Positions 50,270 through 60,600 of a stretch of DNA of 64,000 nt are shown piece after piece. Both the position numbers and the translations under genes were made by a program. The stretch lies in NCBI GenBank assembly GCA_965199495.1, contig CBDASK010000003.1:800001-864000 (forward strand), given 5' to 3'. The notes under the pieces are model-generated. The model ran no database searches, was not told where the DNA came from, and was given only the letters and a program-made list of their open reading frames with translations. This stretch comes from Abditibacterium sp. Lineage in GTDB: Bacteria > Armatimonadota > Abditibacteriia > Abditibacteriales > Abditibacteriaceae. Numbering within the stretch: the stretch's first letter is position 1; every line of letters begins with the position of its first letter.

Positions 50270-50641
50270 TTATTCTATCGGCGGAGGCGGACAAGAGCCT
50301 TGATACGGATACCCTTCGCAGTAAACAAACTTCCCTTCGCGATCAAACTGAATCATAAGAAGCGTTTCTGGTTTCGTCTGAACTCGAACAAATATCATGT
50401 CAGATTCTGAGCAATCTGCCTTTAAGCTGTTGCAGTAAAGCCAATATTCAACTCGCTGCTTCGTAGAGCCTTTAGGAACTTGCTGATAAAAGTATTTTTG
50501 CACTTCCTCCGTCTTTAAATTATTCAGACGAAATTGAGAGTAAAACCATTCAATGATAAATAAACCTGCAATAAGCGAAAACACGAATAGACATAACATT
50601 TTTCTCCGTCGATTAGAGAATATTAGAGTAATTATTTTCAT
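50270..50641 (-). CDS. Low-GC hypothetical membrane-anchored protein
   Basis: 123-aa ORF in an AT-rich patch. Confidence 0.5.
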   Translation of the reverse strand: MKIITLIFSNRRRKMLCLFVFSLIAGLFIIEWFYSQFRLNNLKTEEVQKYFYQQVPKGSTKQRVEYWLYCNSLKADCSESDMIFVRVQTKPETLLMIQFDREGKFVYCEGYPYQGSCPPPPIE

Positions 50642-50826
50642 GATTTTCTAAATATTACCTGCTTTGAACCTACACTCATTTATGAGTAATGTTAGATTCG
50701 ACCTTACTCTGTATTTGTGATCCGTTTTATATTTCATTCGTTTGTGACGCGACTGTCGAGCTTTGCACCACAACTCAATTCTGGATAGATAGTTTATCGT
50801 TTCAAAAGATTTGCTAACCTTTAAAG

Positions 50827-51369
50827 GTGCGCTATTTGTTGCCCGGTTTGTGGCACTTCGCGGCGGCGATGGCGTTTGCGGCCTCGTTCGGCGTTTTCCA
50901 AAAGCAGGACTTGACTTTCTGGTTGCAACAACCGGTTTTCACCATCGCTCTGATCGTTTGTTCATCGGCCTTTTTTTTCGTACCGGACAGATGGTCGAAA
51001 AAGGGTTTGCTCAAGTTTTTTCATTACCCGTTGCCCGATTGGGACGTATTGTTTTTGGGGCCAGCCTCGCATCGCAACTGGCTGACGCACTCGCCGTTTT
51101 TGGCGATTTTGTGTTTGGGCGCGCTGTGGAAATGGCCGCACAGCGCGAGTTTCCCTGGCGTCATGGCGGGCGCGATGGGCGTTTGTATTGGCGTGGGCAG
51201 CCATCTGTTTTGGGATTGCGTGGGCAGCAAGCAACACAAAATCATCGTGGTGCCGCATTGGATTCATCTGCGCGAAGTCGCCTCGCGATTGTATTTGCTC
51301 ATTGGCGCCTTCATTTGCCTCGCCGTGGCTGGTGCCATCGCTGCGGCGTTTTCGGTGAAACCGATTTGA
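50827..51369 (+). CDS. Membrane protein, putative metal-dependent hydrolase (YdjM-like motifs)
   Basis: LPDWD, HRNWLTHS and SHLFWD. Confidence 0.65.
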   Translation: MRYLLPGLWHFAAAMAFAASFGVFQKQDLTFWLQQPVFTIALIVCSSAFFFVPDRWSKKGLLKFFHYPLPDWDVLFLGPASHRNWLTHSPFLAILCLGALWKWPHSASFPGVMAGAMGVCIGVGSHLFWDCVGSKQHKIIVVPHWIHLREVASRLYLLIGAFICLAVAGAIAAAFSVKPI

Positions 51370-51372
51370 TTT

Positions 51373-51527
51373 TGAAGCCACAGAGTTCACAGAGGACGCA
51401 CCAAGGGCACAGAGAAGCGCGAGGAGAATAATTCGTGAAAGCAAAATTATAAATAGTTCTTCTCCTTTTTAACTTCTTCGCGCTTCTCTGTGCCCTTGGT
51501 GCGTCCTCTGTGAACTCTGTGGCTTCA
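51373..51527. repeat. AGCCACAGAG-family palindromic element
   Basis: Perfect 50-bp arms 51373-51422/51478-51527. Confidence 0.92.
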
Positions 51528-51591
51528 GAAATTGCCTTAACACCCGCAAACGCGCTATAATTTCCGGGCACTCCCCCGTTTTTCTTTCCTC

Positions 51592-53613
51592 ATGAAAAGT
51601 CGTCCGCTTCAATACTTGGGACTGGCCTTGCTGCTTTTAGCGAGTCTGGTCGTCATCTTTTTCCCCATTGGCTCAGCGCCGCAATCGCAACCGTTTACGG
51701 TGTCGGTCGTGGCGCCCAAGCCGTTTAGCGAGCTGGCGCCCAAAGGCAAATCGCCCACCGATGCCGCCGATGCCGCGTTCGTTACGGCGTTCAAAAACTC
51801 GACTTTGCCCGGCGCTCTCACCGTCGGCACCGATCCAAAAACGGCCACAGTCGAAGCGCAGGCCACAACTCAGGCCGATGCGCGCGACAAAGCCGCGCGC
51901 ATCGTTTCGGCGCTCGACACGCAGTTCAAAGGCGTGCAACTGGCGCCGACGTTCTCGGTTGCCGATTTGCCCGCCAAACCGTTGGTTTCGCTCGGCAAAT
52001 ACGCGGTTTTCCCGTCGCGCGAGCGCAACGGTAGCGTCGAACCCGCCGTGAAACTCGGCCTCGATTTGCAGGGCGGCGTCAATCTCGTGTTGCAAGTCCG
52101 CCGCGCGATGTTTCCTTATACGATAACCAATGCGCCGACCGATCCCGCCGCGCGCGAGGAAATACTGAACCAAATCCGCGCCAAGTTAGCAGCCACGTCG
52201 GACGACTTGGGACTGCGCGGCGCCGATGTCGGGTTCAACAAAACAGCACCCGACCAAATCGAAGTGCGTTCGCAGGCCAAAGATAAAGACCAATTTAACG
52301 CGCAGGCCAAAGTTATTGGCGACGCGATGGCGAGCCTGAAAGGCGTGCAAATCGCGCCGACGCGGGCGCCGCAGTTTTATGTGCCCGACATTAAACCCGG
52401 CCAAACCGGCACCACCAACGCCGATTTACTGGCGACGACTGTGGAAATCATTCGTTCGCGCGTTGACAAATTGGGCGTTTCGGAACCTTTAATTCAATCG
52501 CAGCCGCCAGATCGCGTTTTGGTACAGTTGCCCGGCGTCAACGATCCGCAAAAAGCAGTCAATATCATCGGCCAGACGGCGCAGATGGAAATCCGTTTGT
52601 TGCCCCAGAACCTGCGCCCGATTGAAAATCCGAAAGACCCCAACAGCACTTTGTTCGCTGATGCGCAGGGCAATTTGGTGCCGACTGCCAAAGCGCGCGA
52701 CGAATCGGAATTGTTGGTTTCGGGCATTGACGTGAAGCCGACGACCGCCGCCGGTTTCGGTCAAAACGGCGAGCCTTTGGTCTCGTTCGAGTTGCAGGGC
52801 GAAGGCGCGCGCAAATTCGCGCAGGTCACGACCGAAGTCGCGGGCAAAAACCGTTTCATCCCGATTTTCCTGGACGATACCGCGATTTCGGCGCCCGTCG
52901 TGCAAAGCGCCATTACGGGCGGCAGCGGCCAAATTTCGGGCGGCTTCAAAACCATCGAAGAAGCGCAATCCTTGGCGGTTCTGCTCAATTCGGGCGCCCT
53001 GCCCGCGCCGATTGATGTCGTGGAAAACCGCACCGTTTCGGCGACATTGGGCCAGGATTCGCTCGTCAAATCGCTGCACGCGGGCGCCATCGGTTTGCTC
53101 GCCGTCGCGATTTTCATGGTCGTGTTTTATCGTCTGGCCGGAATGCTGGCGAACTGCGCGGTCATGGTTTATACCATTCTCAACCTCGTGGTTTTCATCT
53201 TGGTTGGCGGCACGTTGACCCTCCCCGGTATCGCCGGGTTTTTACTGGCGTTGGCGATGTCGCTCGATACCAACATTTTGATTTTTGAACGCTTGCGCGA
53301 AGAGATGGCGATTCAGCCGACGTTTGCGGCAGCGTTTCGCGCGGCTTTTGCGCGCGCTTGGACGGCGATTTTGGATTCGCACGTCACCACGCTGATTGCG
53401 GCGGTCGTCTTGTTTTACTTTGGCACCGGCCCGATCAAAGGCTTCGCTTTGACGCTGGGCATCGGCGTCATTTTGAGCCTGTTCTCGGCGATTTCGGTGA
53501 CGCGCCTGTTCATGTGGAGCGTCGCTAAATTCGGCGAAACTCACCCGAATATGTTCGCGGGCAAAATTCCCGAACGCGAGGCGGTTTTGATGGAGCGAGG
53601 CACAAAAGGCTAA
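51592..53613 (+). CDS. secD: Protein translocase subunit SecD
   Basis: LGLDLQGG, RVDKLGVSEP, SGALP and NILIFER. Confidence 0.96.
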   Translation: MKSRPLQYLGLALLLLASLVVIFFPIGSAPQSQPFTVSVVAPKPFSELAPKGKSPTDAADAAFVTAFKNSTLPGALTVGTDPKTATVEAQATTQADARDKAARIVSALDTQFKGVQLAPTFSVADLPAKPLVSLGKYAVFPSRERNGSVEPAVKLGLDLQGGVNLVLQVRRAMFPYTITNAPTDPAAREEILNQIRAKLAATSDDLGLRGADVGFNKTAPDQIEVRSQAKDKDQFNAQAKVIGDAMASLKGVQIAPTRAPQFYVPDIKPGQTGTTNADLLATTVEIIRSRVDKLGVSEPLIQSQPPDRVLVQLPGVNDPQKAVNIIGQTAQMEIRLLPQNLRPIENPKDPNSTLFADAQGNLVPTAKARDESELLVSGIDVKPTTAAGFGQNGEPLVSFELQGEGARKFAQVTTEVAGKNRFIPIFLDDTAISAPVVQSAITGGSGQISGGFKTIEEAQSLAVLLNSGALPAPIDVVENRTVSATLGQDSLVKSLHAGAIGLLAVAIFMVVFYRLAGMLANCAVMVYTILNLVVFILVGGTLTLPGIAGFLLALAMSLDTNILIFERLREEMAIQPTFAAAFRAAFARAWTAILDSHVTTLIAAVVLFYFGTGPIKGFALTLGIGVILSLFSAISVTRLFMWSVAKFGETHPNMFAGKIPEREAVLMERGTKG

Positions 53614-53664
53614 ACGACATTTGCAGGGGCGAACAGAATTTCGCTCTTGCAATGAAGGAATATT

Positions 53665-54705
53665 ATGGATTTTCGTGGAAAAAATATAGACCTCGTCGGC
53701 AAAATGTGGCTGTGGTTTGGCATTTCGATAGCGGTCATGTTGATTGGTCTCGTCGGCTGGCTTATCCCGCCGACGGGCCTCAACCTGGGCATTGATTTCA
53801 AGGGCGGCTCGCAATATACCTATCGCATTCCGGCCAATGTGCGCCCGCAGGCGGGTCAGGAAATCGGGCTTTTGCAAAAGGTCAATGGCAATTTGAACGG
53901 CGGCAAACTCTTGGGCACGCGCACGCAAATCGCGGGCGGCCAAGACCTCATCGTCAATACTTCGGCGGCCTCATCGTCGGAAGCCACAGCGCAACAGGGC
54001 ATCGTGGATAGCGCCGTCGCCAAAGCGTTTGGCGTGCCGCAAATCAAGCCCGAAAGCCAGCAACAGGTCGGCGCCGTCATCGGCGACGAACTGCGCGCTA
54101 ACGCCATCAAAGGCGTTTTGGTCGGCGTGATTCTCATCGCGTGCTGGATTTATATCCGCTACAACTTCGCGGGCGACGGCCTCCGCTACGCCGTGGCTGG
54201 TATCGTCGCCTTAGTTCACGACGTAATCGTGTTGCTTGGATTGTTCGCGCTCATCGGCAAAATTGATCCGCGCATCGAAGTGGACAGCGGCTTTATCGCG
54301 GCACTTTTGACGGTCGTCGGTTACTCGATTAACGATTCGGTGGTTATTTTCGACCGCGTGCGCGAGAACCTGCGCACACGGCGCAAAGAATCGTTCGAGA
54401 AAATCGTCAACGATTCGCTGCTGGAAACCATGAGCCGCTCGATTAACACTGGTTTGACGGTTTTAATTATGCTGTTCGCGCTGTTGATGTTGGGTGGCGA
54501 GAGCATTTACAGCTTTGTTTTGGCGATGTTGATTGGCATCGCTTCGGGTCTGTATTCCTCGATTTTCAACGCGTCTATGGTGATTGTGGCGTGGCATCGT
54601 TGGGACGAGAAAAAAGCGGAACAGGCGCGCGCCAATCGTTCCAATCGCCCGCAGGTCAAAGTGCGCGAAACCGGTCGCGGAACCGGCGTGACGCGCAGCA
54701 AATAA
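53665..54705 (+). CDS. secF: Protein translocase subunit SecF
   Basis: LGIDFKGG, GYSINDSVVIFDRVRE and YSSIF. Confidence 0.96.
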   Translation: MDFRGKNIDLVGKMWLWFGISIAVMLIGLVGWLIPPTGLNLGIDFKGGSQYTYRIPANVRPQAGQEIGLLQKVNGNLNGGKLLGTRTQIAGGQDLIVNTSAASSSEATAQQGIVDSAVAKAFGVPQIKPESQQQVGAVIGDELRANAIKGVLVGVILIACWIYIRYNFAGDGLRYAVAGIVALVHDVIVLLGLFALIGKIDPRIEVDSGFIAALLTVVGYSINDSVVIFDRVRENLRTRRKESFEKIVNDSLLETMSRSINTGLTVLIMLFALLMLGGESIYSFVLAMLIGIASGLYSSIFNASMVIVAWHRWDEKKAEQARANRSNRPQVKVRETGRGTGVTRSK

Positions 54706-54750
54706 CGCGGTATAAATTGCATCTGCACGCGTTAAACTCTGACCATCCAA

Positions 54751-55347
54751 ATGTCGCAACTTCTTCCCTTTCTGCCGATTGTTTGCGCCGCGCTCATCGT
54801 GTGCGTTTTGGTTCAGTTCGCGCTGATTTCGAGCATCAACGCGCGTTTCGCACGGCAAACGAAAATGATGCGCCAGTTTTTCAGCGGGCCGCAGGGTGAA
54901 GATTTGGAAGCGTTGCTCGAACGCACCTTGACGCAATCGCAGTTGGCGATGGAAAATTCGGAGAAGGCTTTGGAGCGAGCCACACACGAAGTCGCGCGCA
55001 ATCAGGGCGGGATCCAAAAGTTCGCGTTGTTGCGCTACAACGCGTTTGAAGACGTGACCGGCGAGCAATCGTTTTCCATCGCTTTGCTCGACGGCAACAG
55101 CAATGGCACGGTGATTACCTCGATTCTGGGACGCCAGAACTCGCGCTGTTTCGGCAAATCCATCGTCAAAGGTCAACCGATGCAGCCGCTTTCGGACGAA
55201 GAACAACTCGTGTTTTTGCAGGCGTGCCAGTCGAACAACGATTTCAAAGTGGATGCCACCGAAATCGAGAGAAATCGCATGAACGGCAAAGAGAAAATCG
55301 AGCAGACCCATTTAAACAATGTCGCGTTGGAGGCCAGCCCCAATTGA
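54751..55347 (+). CDS. DUF4446-like protein
   Basis: [27 protein letters not shown]-terminal TM. Confidence 0.8.
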   Translation: MSQLLPFLPIVCAALIVCVLVQFALISSINARFARQTKMMRQFFSGPQGEDLEALLERTLTQSQLAMENSEKALERATHEVARNQGGIQKFALLRYNAFEDVTGEQSFSIALLDGNSNGTVITSILGRQNSRCFGKSIVKGQPMQPLSDEEQLVFLQACQSNNDFKVDATEIERNRMNGKEKIEQTHLNNVALEASPN

Positions 55348-55778
55348 CGCTGAAATTTAAACGTTTACCCAACGGCGCCGATTTGGAATTGCCTCATTAT
55401 CAAACGGCGGGCAGCGCCGGAATGGACGTGCGCGCGGCGGCGGATTTGACGTTGGAAGTCGGTCAAACAAAGTTAGTGCCGACCGGTTTCGCGATGGAAA
55501 TCCCGCCTGGCACTGAAGTGCAATTGCGCCCGCGTTCAGGTCTGGCGCTCAAACATTCGCTGACGATGCTCAATTCGCCCGCGACCATTGACAGCGATTA
55601 TCGCGGCGAAGTCGGCGTGATTTTGACGAATTTAGGCCAGCAACCCTTCGAGATTAAACGCGGCGACCGCATCGCGCAAATGGTTGTAGCGCGCGTCGAA
55701 CACGCCGAAATTATCGAGGTTGACGAATTGGGCGATTCGGATCGTGGTGCGGGCGGATTCGGGCATACCGGCGTTTGA
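55344..55778 (+). CDS. dut: dUTP diphosphatase
   Basis: [22 protein letters not shown] and [13 protein letters not shown] start overlaps the upstream stop. Confidence 0.95.
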   Translation: MTLKFKRLPNGADLELPHYQTAGSAGMDVRAAADLTLEVGQTKLVPTGFAMEIPPGTEVQLRPRSGLALKHSLTMLNSPATIDSDYRGEVGVILTNLGQQPFEIKRGDRIAQMVVARVEHAEIIEVDELGDSDRGAGGFGHTGV

Positions 55779-55813
55779 AAAATCGCGCGCAATCCGGTAA
55801 AATAGAATGGCGT

Positions 55814-55896
55814 GGAGAGATGGCAGAGTGGTCGATTGCGACGGTCTTGAAAACCGTTGAACGCAAGTTCCGAGGGTTCGAATCCCTCTCTCTCCT
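55814..55896 (+). tRNA. tRNA-Ser (anticodon TGA)
   Basis: GGAGAGA/TCTCTCC acceptor stem; ACGGT-CTTGAAA-ACCGT anticodon arm; variable arm; GGTTCGAATCC; CCA not encoded. Confidence 0.93.
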
Positions 55897-55907
55897 TTGA
55901 ATAAATC

Positions 55908-55944
55908 AAAACAGCCGCTTCCGATTTCGGAAGCGGCTGTTTTT
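55908..55944. terminator. Bidirectional intrinsic terminator
   Basis: AAAACAGCCGCTTCCG/CGGAAGCGGCTGTTTT between convergent genes. Confidence 0.8.
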
Positions 55945-55957
55945 GTTTTTCCAGAGC

Positions 55958-56473
55958 TTAATAACCTTCAACAGCGTTGCTATCGGCGGGCGCGGCGTTG
56001 GTCGCCGTGGCTGCATTGTCGGCGTTAGTCGAGTCGGGTGCAATCGGCTTGGCTTTGTTGGCGCTGCCCGAAGGCGCGGGCGGATTGATAATCGTGTTAT
56101 TGATTGTCGTTTTGCCTTTGTCCGAATTATCGGCGGGTGGGCTGGCGACGGGGGCGCGCGGCGCTGGATCGGTGTTGCGCATGGTCGTTTTTGTTTGCGT
56201 TGTCGTCGTGCTGACGGGCGGCGCCACGACGATGGTGTTGGGCGCGGGCACAGCCGTCGGCGCGACGATAATCGTCGTGTTGGATTCGGGCACCGGAGTA
56301 TTGGCGACAATCGTTTCTTTTTCGTGATTGATGATAACCGGACTGGTTTCGGGCGTGGCGGGGTGGCGCGTGGCGAAATAAGCCAGCGCGGCGCCGCCCA
56401 CGACGAGAAGCGCGATAAGGCCCATAATCAGGGCCGAGTTGCTCTGTTTGCGAGCTTGAGGATCGTATGCCAT
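55958..56473 (-). CDS. Single-TM Pro/Thr/Ala-rich hypothetical protein
   Basis: TM helix followed by a low-complexity tail; GGAA upstream of ATG. Confidence 0.7.
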   Translation of the reverse strand: MAYDPQARKQSNSALIMGLIALLVVGGAALAYFATRHPATPETSPVIINHEKETIVANTPVPESNTTIIVAPTAVPAPNTIVVAPPVSTTTTQTKTTMRNTDPAPRAPVASPPADNSDKGKTTINNTIINPPAPSGSANKAKPIAPDSTNADNAATATNAAPADSNAVEGY

Positions 56474-56632
56474 AGTTTTTTTCCTTGAAGGTGAGACCAC
56501 GCTAAATTGCGGTCTTCACAGCGCGCATGGGACGCAATGCCGATGGCGAGAGTTCAATTTTACCCAGTCAACCTCTCTTATGGCAACTTTGCCAATTGAC
56601 ACCGAAGCGTGAAAGTCCGCAAACTGGCGGCG

Positions 56633-57529
56633 ATGAAAGGAATTATTCTCGCCGGTGGTAGCGGCACGCGCCTCCACCCGCTCACGCTCGCCGTCTCCAA
56701 ACAATTATTACCAATATACGACAAGCCGATGATTTATTATCCGCTTTCCACGCTGATGTTGGCGGGCATCCGCGACATTTTGATTATCTCGACGCCGCAC
56801 GATTTGCCGCTTTTCGAGCATTTGCTGGGCGACGGCTCCAACTGGGGCATCAATTTGACCTATGCCGTGCAGCCATCGCCCGACGGTTTGGCGCAGGCGT
56901 TTGTTATCGGGCGCGAATTTCTCGACGGCGGCCCAGCCTGTCTGATTTTAGGCGACAACATTTTTTATGCCGATGGTTTAAGCGGAACACTGCAAAAATC
57001 CGCGCAAATTCAGAGCGGCGCACAGGTTTTCGGCTACTGGGTCGCCGACCCGGAGCGTTACGGCGTTATCGAATGGGAGTCGCAGCCCAAAGGTCTGGCG
57101 AGCAGCAGCCACGGCGGCGGCAAGGTGCTTTCGATTGAAGAAAAACCCGACCAGCCCAAATCGAATTACGCCGTCGTCGGTTTGTATTTCTACGATTCAC
57201 AAATCTCCGACATCGCGCAACAAGTCAAACCTTCCAAACGCGGCGAACTGGAAATTACCGAAGTCAACAATTTGTATCTAAAACAAGAGCAACTCCACGC
57301 CACACGCTTGGGACGCGGCGCGGCGTGGCTCGATACAGGCACGCATGAATCGCTGCTCGAAGCCTCGAATTTCATCGAAGTCATCGAAAAACGTCAGGGC
57401 TTGAAAATCGCCTGTTTGGAAGAAATCGCTTACCAGATGGATTGGATAGACGCCGAATCGGTTTTGCGTCAGGCCCGCGCGCTGGGCAAAACCGAATATG
57501 GGCGCTATCTGGAACGCTTGGTGAAATAA
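56633..57529 (+). CDS. rfbA: Glucose-1-phosphate thymidylyltransferase
   Basis: [32 protein letters not shown] and WLDTGT. Confidence 0.97.
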   Translation: MKGIILAGGSGTRLHPLTLAVSKQLLPIYDKPMIYYPLSTLMLAGIRDILIISTPHDLPLFEHLLGDGSNWGINLTYAVQPSPDGLAQAFVIGREFLDGGPACLILGDNIFYADGLSGTLQKSAQIQSGAQVFGYWVADPERYGVIEWESQPKGLASSSHGGGKVLSIEEKPDQPKSNYAVVGLYFYDSQISDIAQQVKPSKRGELEITEVNNLYLKQEQLHATRLGRGAAWLDTGTHESLLEASNFIEVIEKRQGLKIACLEEIAYQMDWIDAESVLRQARALGKTEYGRYLERLVK

Positions 57530-57664
57530 GCCACAGAGTTCACAGAGGGACACAGAGAAGAGCGAAGAAAATTTTACGTAAAGGCAAAGCTATAAAAATA
57601 GTTCTTCACCGTTTTAATTTCTTCGCTCTTCTCTGTGTCCCTCTGTGAACTCTGTGGCTTATTT
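57524..57664. repeat. AGCCACAGAG-family palindromic element
   Basis: Perfect 47-bp arms 57524-57570/57618-57664; spacer homologous to the copy at 51373. Confidence 0.92.
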
Positions 57665-57667
57665 ATT

Positions 57668-60600
57668 TTATTTCCAATTTAAATTCGCGATTCGATAACT
57701 CGAATCCATGTCGTTGCCGTCGAAGCCGACCCAGCGATAAGCGTCGCCCTGCATCGCGCCCAGACGCAGCGTCTGAATTTTCCACGATTTTTCGCCGGGG
57801 AACTCTTTCGCCAACGCCGCGCCGATGTCGAAGCTGTAAGCGTTGCCCGCGTTTTTCATCGCGCCTAAAACGGGGGCCATCGGGTCGGGCTTTTGGCCGC
57901 CGTCAATTGTAATGGTGTGCCACTGATCGTCAATCATCGCGTAGAGATCAACTTTCACACCGGCGGGCACGGCGGCGTTCATCGAGAACTTGGTCTCCGG
58001 CGTGGCTGTTAGCGGCGCGCGGTTCAAATCTACGGCGAAGATGCCGCCCGCAACCGGATTAGTAATCGTCCATGCGTCTTTGTCGGGCGCGACAATCGCG
58101 GTTTTGATGTCGGTTTCGACAACCCCAACCGGCGCCAAACCGTCCGTTTTGGGCGCGCTGTCGGTGTCCACATAAGCCGCTTCCATCAGGCCGGATGGCA
58201 GGGCGCGCGTGCCCATTTTTTCGGCTTCGATTTTGGCGCGCGCGATCATCATCGTCGAATCGAGCGTCCAAAACGCGACGCGTCCGCCGTCTTTATACAA
58301 GGGCAGCGGATCGGGATCGAAATAATCGAGCAGCTTTTCGTCGTTGAACGAGAGCGAAACCAGAACGCCGTTTTTGCCGTTTTGCGTGGCGGCGCGGGCG
58401 CTGGCGCGGATGTAATACCACACGCGATGCCACGCCATATTGTGGTTGATCGTGTTTTTGAAAATGCCACCGCTGTCCGTTTTTTCCGCCACGACTTTGT
58501 TGCCGCGCAGAATTTTGGTCGCCGTATTGTTGTCGCCCGCCAGCACGAACGAATAGCCGCTCGCCGGGTTTTTGCCGTCGCCGCACAGCGAAATATTCAG
58601 GTCGCCCGGATGCGAGTAGCCCGGTTCTTTGGGCAAGTCCATTTGCGGGTGCGCATAAAATTCGGCGACGACATCGCCGCCATAAGTGCGCTTGCTCCAC
58701 AAAGTCGGATGGCGTCCCGCCCCGCCGAAGAACGACCAATCGCCATAGCAGGGCCAGCGCGAAAACACGTTCCAGCGACCCGACGGCGCGTAAAAATCAA
58801 CGGGCGCTTCGGTGAAGGTATAGTCGTCGCGGTTGGCCGTTGTCGCGAGCAGTTTTTCGGTGCGCACGCGCACGCCGCTCGAACGCACGCCCATTGATCT
58901 GCCCGTCGGCGGAGAGGGATCGAGATACGACAAAATCGGCGTTTCGCCCGCCAAAAGCATCAAGCCGTTGCCGGTCAATTGCAGATGCAGCGTGCCGCCT
59001 TCGGGCGTGTTAATATCGGGCAAATCGGCGTAAGGCATCGTCGCACTCGCCAGAGTTTTGCCGCCGCGAATCAAAGTCCACTCAATTTTTTTGGCCGCCT
59101 GATCGGAAGAGGCGCGCAGCAGATAACCCGAATCAAAATCGCCGCGTTTGGCGCGTAGCGCCGCCTCAAACTTGCTGGACGGCCAGCTCGCGCGCCACGG
59201 AAAATCGAGCGTGGTGTCGCCGAAAAATTCGCCGGTATTCCAAAACTCCAAGCCGCTCGCGCCCGGCGTCGGCGGCCACTGGCCGCTCGAACTCGCCCAA
59301 CCGACCATGTAGGCGTCGTCTTCCATTTTGGTGGCGACCGTGGGCGGTTCGGGCGGCGGCGGGAAATAAATCACCGCGTCCTTGAAAGCCGCCGACGTGG
59401 CTCCCGGCGCCAGCAGACCGAATCGTCCGTTGGTCAAATTAGGCGCGCTCGCCTGCGCGATGAGTTCATCGCCCGCCTTGACACGCAAAACGCCGTTGCG
59501 CGCGTCAATCTGGAAGCGCGCGTAACCATCTTTGTCGGTCTGCGCGGCCAAATCGGCGTCACCCTCGAACAGCGTTGTTTTTGCGCCATTCACCACGCGA
59601 ATAATGCGCGCTTTTTTATCCGGCGAAATTTGGAAGGCCGTATAATTCTTGGCATCGCGCACGCCGACCGCATAACCCAGCGTCGCGCCGGGTTTGATTT
59701 GCGCCGAAATGTGGGCGCGGTAACCGTCCCAGTTGCGCGCGCCCGTCACCAATAAGCCGTCGTTCTGACCAGCAGCCACGCCGCCCGCCAACTTCCAATC
59801 GCCGCTGGCTTTTTCCCACGCGCCGTTGTTGGAAAACGCGGTTCGCAGAAAATCGTAGGAGCGCACTTCGACATCGTCGAATTCGGCGGCGTCCATATTT
59901 TTGGCCCACAAACCGACGCCGCCCTGCCCCAACGCCTCGTTGTTGGCGCGCAAAACTGGCACGCCATCCACAATCGCCTCAATGTAACCGGGCGAAGTGC
60001 GAATCCCGATTTTATACCATTGTTTGGGCAAAAACGCGCCTTTGGCCTGCGCCAAAACCGTGACTTTACCATCGGCCACGCGCACCAGTTGGCGCGCGCC
60101 ATCGCCTTCTTCGCTGCTCCAGCGAAAGGCCAGATAATTTTTGGCGTCCTTGACATAAGCCGCCATGCCGATTTGCCCGGCGCCGCCCGGTCGCACGGCA
60201 ACGCGCGCATCGTAGGAATCCCAGAACCAGCGGCCCGTCGTCGCCAACGATTCGGCGTTTGGGCTGACGACTTGAAACGCGAACGGATTAGAACTCATGT
60301 CGGCGTTTTTGGTGGAAATATGCTCCGACGAAGTGGACAATTGCCACTTGCCCGTCGTTTTCCACAAATCGTCGCCCTCGCCGCCGATGCGAGTGAAGTC
60401 GTCGTCGAAGCGCACTACGTCCAAAGGTTGCACGCGCAGTTCTCCCCAATCGGCGGGCGCGGTGCCGATTTTCCCGGCGTCGAACGAGGCGTCGAACCCA
60501 CGGAGCGCGACGTTATCGTCCACCACCAATTGCATCAGCCACGGGCGCCGTTGCAGCACGATTTGGTTTTTGGCGTCCCACTTAATCGGCGCGCTATTGA

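Noticed and set aside
50064..50294. 76-aa ORF in the AT-rich patch
   Set aside because: No recognisable motif or ribosome-binding site
55897..56500. Integrative element at tRNA-Ser
   Set aside because: No integrase and no duplicated tRNA 3' end seen
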